Shown: positions 54,878 through 64,000 of the stretch, one piece after another | How the letters are laid out: each line of letters begins with the position of its first letter | Numbering within the stretch: position 1 is the first letter of the stretch | Assembly: GCA_973851085.1 (NCBI GenBank) | Contig: OZ316775.1 | Location: 20,522,001 to 20,586,000 of the forward strand | Reading direction: 5' to 3' | Origin: Ptychomitrium polyphyllum | Lineage: Eukaryota | DNA: 64,000 nt | Program-made: the position numbers and the translations under genes | The notes under the pieces: generated by a model | The model's database searches: none | What the model was told of the DNA's origin: nothing | The model's input: only the letters and a program-made list of their open reading frames with translations

Positions 54878-57817
54878 ATGGCCCCCATGCAGGCCATGTT
54901 GCTGCCGGACTCAGGCCCCAGGCTGCCTGCGCACGTCGCCCCCAACCGGACCTTTGGCAATCATCGCCAGCTCCATGCTCCCAATCCTGCTCTGGGCATT
55001 CACGGTTTCCGAGACCAATCTGGTTCGCTAAAACGCTCAGTTTTGGGTCTTAGAAGTTTCGCACCTAGAGTAGGTTTAGCTGCATTCAGGATGGTCTTTG
55101 TAGAATGCTCTCAGGGAAACGCTGCTGCTGCTGTCACGGAGACTGTGCCAGCTACTTTCACTCAGGAGGGATTCGAGGCGTTTCTTGTGAGTTTGCAGAG
55201 CTCCATCTGCGATGAGGTATGTGAATAGGCTTTGGGTGGTGTGCAGTGGTCGGGAGTCGAGAGCTGCAATGCTGCTTTGATCGTAATGGAACTTGTGTTA
55301 CTTTGGAATAGGAAGGTACCTTTTTATTTATTGTATCGTAATTGATTGTTTTTCGCGTTGAGATTGTGTCTCTGGATTTTGACATAAATCACATTTCGTG
55401 TTTCTAATCCCTTGGTTAAGAATCCGCCTTTGGATTTTAATGTGTGGGGATTTTTGCCATTGCGTCTTGTACTACTCCGTTGCAATCCAGGCAGCAGCTG
55501 CAGATGGGAGTGGGAAGGTTTTTGGGTTTGATAAATGGCAGCGAGGGGAGGATGCATCCAATGGGTAAACAGCTCTTAATGCTCGGAAACCTTCTCTTCG
55601 AACCACGAATTTGCTTCATCTCTTTTAAATTCTTGATGAGACGCATTTACACTGGGTAACTGAATCCATGGCAGCGATGTAAACGAAGTGCCACCTGGTC
55701 TGAAGAATTGACTGGAACTTGAAATTGGGCTTTTAGGTATGGCATTACGCGAGTATTGGAGGGTGGGAATCTCTTGGAGAAGGCAGCTGCGAATGTGTCT
55801 ATAGTGCGGGGCCGCTTGTCTGAAGCTAGGGCAAAGGCAGGTACGATGACCTGTACCTAATCTTTCTCTCTTTGGGGTAAAACATCTTGACATGAGCAGC
55901 TAAGAGTTTTGGCAACCAACTTATATCTCGTCGAAAAGGATGTCATCTTGCCGAGATTTACAGTAAAGAGACTACACCATGCTCGTCGAGCATGTTAACC
56001 ATGGGTGTTGTGCTATTTCACACTTTGAAAATACTCTAATATCTTTGCAGGCGACTCTGCACGAAATTTTTTGTCAATTTACATGAGGTTGTTTAAGCAG
56101 GCGAATATATTGCCATCTTACTAGTGACGAGTTCCTTCTAGTTTATTGCTTCCTCAAACACTGATATGTCTGAATATTTTTGGGACTGTCTAATGAAATG
56201 ATTAGAAGCTTACGGTAGCCGTTGCCGGATACACAGTATTTCACGTGCAACTCGGCACTCAATTTGCCGAGTCAGTGGTTTACAGTTTTAATTTTCTTCT
56301 TTTGTATAACAGGCAATGAGTGCACGGGGACGGGGCGTTGACGCTGGAGCATCCTACTTTGCAGGGGCCCTCTCGCTTGTTTTTCATCCTTGTAGCCCTT
56401 ATGTTCCTACCTTCAGATCAGACATCCGCTACTTTGTGGTATGTCCCCCTATCGTCCTTTTTATTTACATCACCTACTTATGTTTTCAGAAGTCATTGTT
56501 TTGCTGCATTGCAATTCTGTGTACCTGCTAATTGGAATCTGCAAACTTAGTGCTCGCATAATTGACGGCAATTTATACAACTACCAAGTACATGATCGCA
56601 GCTGGATTTTCTTGTATGTTCAGGTCAGTCACGTGTTTGCCTGATTGAAGTTATTTGTGTATTTGACAGGTCGAGGGAAGCCAAGGATGGTTTGGAGGGG
56701 GCGCAGATCTTACGCCATGCTGTAATCGTTCATATCCTGGTTGTCATTTTTGACGTTAAATGGTTGTTGATCCAAGAATACCATATACAGATATGGATTG
56801 GGTGTATCGAGCGTGAGATGGCATTGATTGGTAACTGTAATCAATTTTTGATTCTTACATGGTCCTTGCAATTGACCATGTTTGTTCATGTATTCCTGCT
56901 TGTAGTTGTGAGCTTCTGAAATAATAAATCGTCGGATCATTTCAATGTGCCTCTGCTCGTGGCAGATCTGTTTGAAGAGGATGCAAGAGAGTTTCACACG
57001 TTTTACAAGTCCATTTGTGATAAGTACTCATCCACTCTTTACGAAGAAAGTAAGGCAGCGTGTGATGCCTACTTTTATATTCCAGCTCGCAAAGAACACC
57101 GTGGAACAGGAGGAATATTCTTTGATGACTTGGAATCCTTTCAGAAGAGTGGTGATCAAACGAAGGTATTACCTGGAACTAATTAACTCTCTCCTTTCTG
57201 GGTGCTCAACACCAAATATATGTTGGCAGAAGTGAAACGTTGGCAACTAGGAACCGATTCAGTACCATCCGCTTCCTCTTGGCCTGAATGCAAGAATACG
57301 GTTCATGCCACTTTGGTAGCTTTATATCTCTCTCCTCACAGTCTGGGTGTTTTTCTGTGTGTTCCAGAAAGGGAGTGACACAGATGTAGTCTTTTCCTTT
57401 GTAAGAGATACTGCGGAGGGCTTCATGCCGAGCTATCTACCCATAGCTAATTTAAGGCGAACACTAGCTTATGGTGACACAGAGAGGCAATGGCAATTAC
57501 TTCGTCGTGGGCGGTATTTGGAGTTCAATTTACTTTATGACCGCGGAGTGAAGTTTGGATTAGACGGTGGCCGCATCGAATCCATCATGGTCTCAGGTAA
57601 CTTTTTCTTTCCAGAGTTATGTTTATAGGAAGGGAAGCAAAAACTTTTTCATAAATGTAAACAAGTTGGCTTAGTGCTGCTTTTAGGATCTGATGCTTAT
57701 GTCTCTTCTTTTGCAGCACCACCTCTAGTGGCCTGGAAATACGATGTTGTTCCAGAACCAGGGACCCGTGAAGCCGAAATCCTTCAAATTCTTCAAAAGC
57801 CTCAATCATGGACGTAG
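54878..57817 (+). CDS. hemF: oxygen-dependent coproporphyrinogen III oxidase (HemF), divergent CPX2-like isoform with transit-peptide-like N-terminus, 8 exons
   Basis: Exons 54878-55216, 55491-55564, 55737-55836, 56313-56438, 56670-56721, 56966-57165, 57368-57596, 57717-57817. Motifs TRVLEGGNLLEKAAANVS, WFGGGADLTPCY, CDAYFYIPARKEHRGTGGIFFDDL, WQLLRRGRYLEFNLLYDRGVKFGL, RIESIMVSAPP. Confidence 0.95.
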
Positions 57818-60344
57818 TGTACACCAGTATTTAACTGTGTTGTAACTCTTATATATCTGATGGATGTCAAGACTAATTGGCAAGCAGGATACTAGAACTT
57901 TCTCCTAAAGGTTGTCTCATTGTTTTGGTACGCAAGCATGTATTTAATGGCATTAAAGAGTGTACTGTGAACATTTGTATTGAGTGATTGATTAGTGATG
58001 GCTGCCACCTGTACAGAAATGGAAAGATAGTAGAAGTAGGAACTATGGGCTGATGAAGCCTTCAAGTTTCCAGATTTCTCTAGCAATTGCTAATTCCTCA
58101 TAGATAGGCAGACAGACTGGGCTCGTGTCTGTTCCCTTTACGATAAGAGGAGGTACCCTTTTTCCCTGTTACCGTCATCCTATCAGTTAAATTGAACCCT
58201 CTAGGTGAACGTCACAGTTATTAGAGGTATCAGTTGGCGAATTGAATTTGCATTCTTCCAAAATGCATTCTGGGACACAGCTGTGATCGTTGTTGAACCT
58301 TTAGTGTGAGTTTGGCTAGGTTTCCTGAATAATGGGTTCGTTCTCCTCTGAAGTTGCAAACCAGGGACCCAGAGATACCCTCACTGGGCCCAGTTCCCTG
58401 CAAACCTTATCTTGACACCGATGTCGCTGAGATTGTATCAAACTGCTATTGCACATCGAGAAATAAAGGATAAGCTTCTGAATATGAGTACGCGAGTAAA
58501 CCGCCATATGTTTTACCCTTCAGTGTACTATATCAAAATGCCACATCACTTGCTACAATCCTTACAACAGCAGGTGTGGGTTGCATGATACTAGCACATG
58601 ATGGAAACTCGCACAGATCCCGCACAGATTTGATTTTACAATCCATACATTGACGAAATTGATAAGGACATATCTTATAAACCACAGTGCAGCGTGCATA
58701 CACACAGATTGTCGTGAGATGTCGAGAGCGCATCTTGATTGCAAAGGCTCTGAAGACCAGACGGAGGACCAAGGCCCGAACCACGTTTCAGATACGACCT
58801 GGTTCCCGTTAGAGAAGCATATCTCATGCATATCCAGGTTTAACAAGATCTACAAGCGGCTAACAAACCTGTCCCTGAAATCTAGGAAAAGCTTGCATTA
58901 TGTCGGTGTTTTTCGGTACAGCGACGGTTTTAGATATTAGCCTCCCCCACCTTGTGCACAAGCCCACGTTTTCTTTGAAGCAGTACAGAAAAGAGCCATC
59001 TTTACACAATAGGCTACTGAGCCAGTCCAGTTTCATCACATCAAAAAAATTTGCTTGGAGGCGTTTTGACATGGGCATGATAACAACATGAATGTGTATC
59101 CTAACCATATCAGTTTGATTTCATTTTAACATCAAAATGATCTCAAAATTACCTCCAAAAAGGACATGGGTAAAGTAACATTATAATAACAACATCATAG
59201 CAACATAAATTTAAACACTGTCAAAATGACATCAATGTGTGTTGAGTTAAAATGAGGTTAAATTGGCATCAAGTGGCATAGGGTAAGATGATATCAAAAT
59301 GACAAGAAAATGATAAGTTCTCTATTGATGTCATATCAACGTCCCAATTTTTGTCTCCAAGTTTATGCACTGAGCAGATGCCATTCTCTTTCAACTAGCC
59401 ACAAATATTTTACAGTGGTGATCAATTCTGGCAGTTTCTAAATGCTTGGAGGTACAGCAGTGTGCGACTGAATTCATCTTCCAGTTCCAAGTTACACTTA
59501 CTTTTCTTTCCAATCTTTGGCATCTTGATGGACTCACTCACAGTAGTAGGCCATGTCCTTTTTGTAGAAATGAATATTGTCAGCAAATCTTAGAGATTTA
59601 GAGGTTGGATGTGAGGGACAGGGCGAAGTGAGGCCTTTTTCCATTGGTGCTGATTTGAACTGGGAGGGACTGCAGAGAGTGCAGAGAGTGCGAGTCTTGA
59701 CACGGTCGTTTGCAGGGGGTTGCGAGTGAGGCTATAGCTTCGTGTTCCTCGGAAGCTGGAGTAGCTCTCGCCATATTTTTTAAGAGAAAGTATTCGCTTT
59801 TGTGAGGAGGTTGTGGAAGTTCTCCTAGGAGCACTTTCACGAGAGGACGCAATCTGGGTTTGTGCAACAGACCAAGAAGTGAGAGCAAGAAACCTCTCAG
59901 GGTTTGGAGGGTAGAGAACAGGGAAGATTCTTGCTTCGGTTTTTCAGCTTGTCTGCAGATCCTCCCCACATCCTGACAGTGGTGCCTTTTTCGCCGTGGT
60001 GACGACCTTGCTTGAAGATCGCTTTCAAACGGCTGTGTTCGTAGAAGCGGGATAAACCCTAATGCAGGTTTCGTGATCTTGGGAGTCAAAGTTTTTCCTT
60101 TCGAGGGTTTAGGCAGGATGTTAATTTATAGGTTGCATGTTAGTTCCAACAGCAGAGTGGTGTTGTTGTCACTTCGATACCATGCCGTCAGCAGAAACGA
60201 CAAGGAGGAAGCAGCGATGGCAAAGCTCAATTAGCTGGATTTGCGGTAGTACATGAGTTGCCGGATTTGAGAGAAAGAGAGGAGCGTAGCTGTGTTGTAG
60301 CTTTAGTGGAGTGCGGGGTGGTATTGGCAGCTCAGAGAGCAGTG

Positions 60345-61648
60345 ATGGAGGGTGAGAGAGATGCAGCGATGACCATCAACACGCCGGAGGAGTTGGACGA
60401 AGGAGTGCGAGAGAAGCTGTCAGCGTCGCCCAAGGCGAAGCGGATTGCGAGCCCCCGGTGGTCCAAACACGAAACCCTCGTCATGATCGAAGCCAAGCGA
60501 AAGCACGAGCTTGAGCTTCACAAGGCCAATGGACTTAAAGGGAGACCGCAGCTTACAGACTTCAACAAATGGGATCTCGTTTCGGCTTCGTGTCGTGCTG
60601 TGGGGATTGACCGGGACGGGAAAATGTGTCGGAAGCGATGGTTCAATCTGCTCACAGAATTCAAGAAAATCCGTGACTGGTGCAAAACCAACCGCGTTGA
60701 GGACTTCTGGAACATGTCGGGAGACGAGCGGAGGGAGAAGAAGCTGCCAACTGGGTTCGACCAAGAGGTTTATCAGGCCATGGAAACATTCGACAACCCC
60801 GGGGGATTGCCGGATGCGTTTGAGGGTGGGACTCCTCGTGGCACAACAGATGATGGGCTATTTTCAGAGATTGACCAGGATGTGCACCCCGCAGAGGACG
60901 TTCAGCATCTGGATAATGGGGTGATTCCGGAGCAAGGAAGGCCTGTGGAACACGGTGTCGGGAATGGGCTCAGATTACCGCCTGTTGCGCCTAAACCTCT
61001 GCTTCTCACAGGTACTTGCTCTTCTGCTTAACTGATTAAAACTGTGATTTTTGGTTGCATTGGATTTGGAATTTGAATGATTCATAAAGTGGATCATTCT
61101 TTTTATCAAAGGCTGAGAGATAGAGTCAGAGATATGGACTGTCGAGAGCCACAACGAGGAATATAATGCTAGAGGACGAGTGTTGACACCTTCACAGGAA
61201 AACCCTAGCCTTCTAACTGATTCTGTAATATTCTTTTATGTCTAAGTTACTGAAAACGATAATCCATTCTCTACTTGGAGGTTTTTCAGTGTTTGCTCTT
61301 TGAATTTCATCTTGAGGTTCCTCTTGTGTTCCAGGGACGGCACCAGAACGGCCACGAAATCTGAAGAAGCGGAAGCTTCCAGGTGCTCCACCAATTCCCG
61401 AAGAAGCTGAACCAAAAGATCCCTATATTACCCTGTTAGAAACCACCAGCAAAACTCTGCATGCCGCCTTTACAGAAAGTATGCAAGCCCAGATTAAGAT
61501 GTACAGCCGCACTGTGCATGCCCAGCTAGAGGCTCAGAAACAAGAAAATGAGTTAGAGAGAGCGTTGCGCAAGGAACAGGGGGATAAGCTGATTGGAGTA
61601 TTGAACGCATTAGTCGACACATTGTCTAAAATCGCTGAAAAGTTGTGA
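60345..61648 (+). CDS. trihelix (Myb/SANT-like) transcription factor, ASR3/SH4 clade, 2 exons
   Basis: Exons 60345-61011 and 61335-61648. PRWSKHETLVMIEAKR, KWDLVSASC...CRKRWFNLLTEFKKIRDW, FWNMSGDERREKKLPTGFDQEVY, and C-terminal coiled coil RKEQGDKLIGVLNALVDTLSKIAEKL. Confidence 0.93.
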
Positions 61649-64000
61649 TGGATAGCTTCAGCTAGTGTACCTCTGAACGAGGATATGCGAGCCCTTGCAC
61701 TGCTGCCCATTGAAATGTGCTACTTGTTATCTGAGGATTATCCCAGAGCATTGGGAGCACCACATGGAGCTCAAGGGCGAGATGACCTAGCAAGTTCAGA
61801 TTCTCAATCAAAGCCCCGGTCTTCAGTTTATGCTTGCTGCATGTGCATTTGTTAGTGAGAAGGCTCTCAGTATACTATTCAGCTCTGATGGTGAAAGTTT
61901 CTGTATTCATTATAGGGAAGTGGAATGGCAAGAGGAACGGCAACATTTCTTGTAATATATAGGTTAGGACGTTAGCATGCTCGTTGTCTATTTACTACGT
62001 TCAGTAGGATGACTGCAGCTCGATTGAGCTAAACTACACTGTACAGCCAATGTAAACAGAACTGATTTGCACTTCTTATGACCTTGTAAGTTTCCTTTTA
62101 AATCTGCAGTTGAGAATAAGGGTTGCCTTGTCATGGTGTGTTTTTCAATCTTGTCATCCTGCAGTGTGTAGCTGACAGTCTCTTAGCGATTGATTAGCAG
62201 ATAGGCAGAGTTTCAAAACAATTCCCATATTCGTCTGTAAGTAGCTCCGGAAATGTACTCGAAAGTTGCGAATGGTAGATCTGTGTTGAATATGCTTCAC
62301 ACTGGTGTAGATATTGTGATTCTGTATTGATCCTCGGCAGCCAGCTCATTCACAGCCGTGCCCATTTTGTTTCTGGAAATCTTGTGCTCTTCCGAACCCA
62401 ACTGATCCCCGGAGTCACCGATGAGCCTAGGAACCAAGAGTAATTAGCCAGCTGCCAAACAAGCTTCAAGAAATGCATGTGTCTTGAAGCTCTGCAGTCT
62501 GGAGCTCTGCAGTCTGGCGCCAGCCGCTGCTGCATCTCCTGAGGCTGTGCGCATTATAAAGGGTGGGTTCTAGAGACTTTCCTATAGAAAGCAAAATTTG
62601 AGGAATGTTTGTCAGATGAAAACTGTTCTTAATCATGTTTAGAACATGCAGTGTTCATATTATTCATATAATGAATGTGATGTTTTGTGATAAGACACAC
62701 TCATAGAATATGAGAAAACGACATAACTAATACATGGCTAATGCATGTACTTTAATGCGGGTCAAGCAAAATGACTGACCAAACTTAAAGATGGTCTTGA
62801 GCTTTAATTGAACTTTATTAAATAACATGAAATCATTTTTTTGAATGTGGAGTTATATTTAAAGAAGCATGTATATTTAAGAACATTTTATACTTTTGAA
62901 GATCTACTATATAACAAAAGAATATCTTAAATGTTTATTGTCTAGAATTAGAAATATGTATTTAACGGGTTATCTATTGTAAACCTCTACAATATCAATG
63001 TTCAATAAAATTCCAACTTAGAATATGCCTCTATGCCTTTATGGGCATAAGTTGGGAATAATATAACATTCTTCAATAACGCCTCTGAATAATCATAGAC
63101 AAATGAATAATTCCAACATTCAAAACTACACTTTCTTCCCTCAAATTATTCCTCAAATCATTGAGGAAACCTATACACTGGGTCACCAAGCTAGAGTTAT
63201 GCCTTCCTGCGTTCACTACAACACGCACACAACCATTTATTATAAAAGTCCCTCTTTTAAAACCAAGAGTGAGCTGGTTCAGTTTCTTAAGAACATCGGC
63301 ATGACTCATCATAAGCTCTTCTTCCCACAAAACAGAACCTACTGAATAACGTACCTCTGTAAAACCCCCACAACAACACTCATGCGCTCTATGTAAAATC
63401 CTACACTGGGTTCTACACAAGATTGTACACTGGTAGGTCTCGTGACCCATTTACCATGCATGGTCAACTCTTACCACTACCCAAGTATCACCGAGGTACC
63501 ATAAACCAGAAACGGTAGCAGTGCTACAACAAGGTACCACCCACAAAGGGAAACTAGTATTCCAGATATGGAATGCTTCGAATGTTCAGTTCCCAAGTTC
63601 CAGCGGAAACAGCCATCACAGCGTCCGGTGTGGGACCATGGCAGTGAGGTCACACGCACTCACGTGGAGGCGATGCCAGGGGAACACGGCGGAGTGCAGA
63701 AGAACGAGCGGCTCCCACGCAGGAGAACAAACAGTGGCAGCGGCAGTGGCCGTGGCAGTGGCAGAGTGAGGAGGGGGCAGTAGCAGTGACTGCGCTCGCA
63801 GGGGCGTTGCTGGAGCTCGGCACTGCCATGTATACGTTGACATGGACGCTCCGTGACGTGCCCTGCGGCCCAAGTGTTGATGCAGGCGCTCACATGCACC
63901 TGCAGCACCAACTGATTCCCCCACTGGCACCTTGGAAACTTCTCTTGCGCCCGCAGCCGCCTGCTTCCAGAAAACTCTCATCTTGGCCCCGGAGTAGTGC

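Noticed and set aside
59100..59340. Recurring TCAAAATGA motifs
   Set aside because: Possibly TE subterminal remnants, but no TIR, TSD or coding part could be defined.
63521..64000. GC-rich ORFs and a TGCACCTGCAGCACCA stretch resembling miR530/1030
   Set aside because: Low-complexity ORFs without domains, only a partial miRNA match with no supporting hairpin, and truncated by the window edge.

Overview
Eukaryotic nuclear DNA from a land plant, with spliceosomal introns and AT-rich spacers. The RI-like LRR relic, the RLP relic and an algal-type HemF suggest a bryophyte, probably a liverwort (inference). I built all gene models by hand from splice sites and reading phase. Seven genes look intact: a LEA_2 protein (+), an RPD3/HDA19-like histone deacetylase with a long low-complexity tail (+), a choline-phosphate cytidylyltransferase (+), an orphan multi-pass membrane protein with a Trp-containing heptad repeat (-), an SQ-rich coiled-coil gene resembling meiotic PRD3/PAIR1 (-), a divergent coproporphyrinogen III oxidase with a GC-AG intron (+) and an ASR3-like trihelix factor (+). 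A 16-exon LRR receptor kinase (-) is intact except for one TAG at a conserved Trp. Three clear or probable pseudogenes are present: an S1/P1 nuclease, an RI-like LRR protein and an LRR-RLP. The strongest non-coding signal is a pre-miRNA-like hairpin at 42276-42363, inside a roughly 10 kb region with no recognisable coding gene. I found no CRISPR array, rRNA, tRNA or autonomous transposon. I did not find a complete novel multi-gene system; the best leads are single loci.
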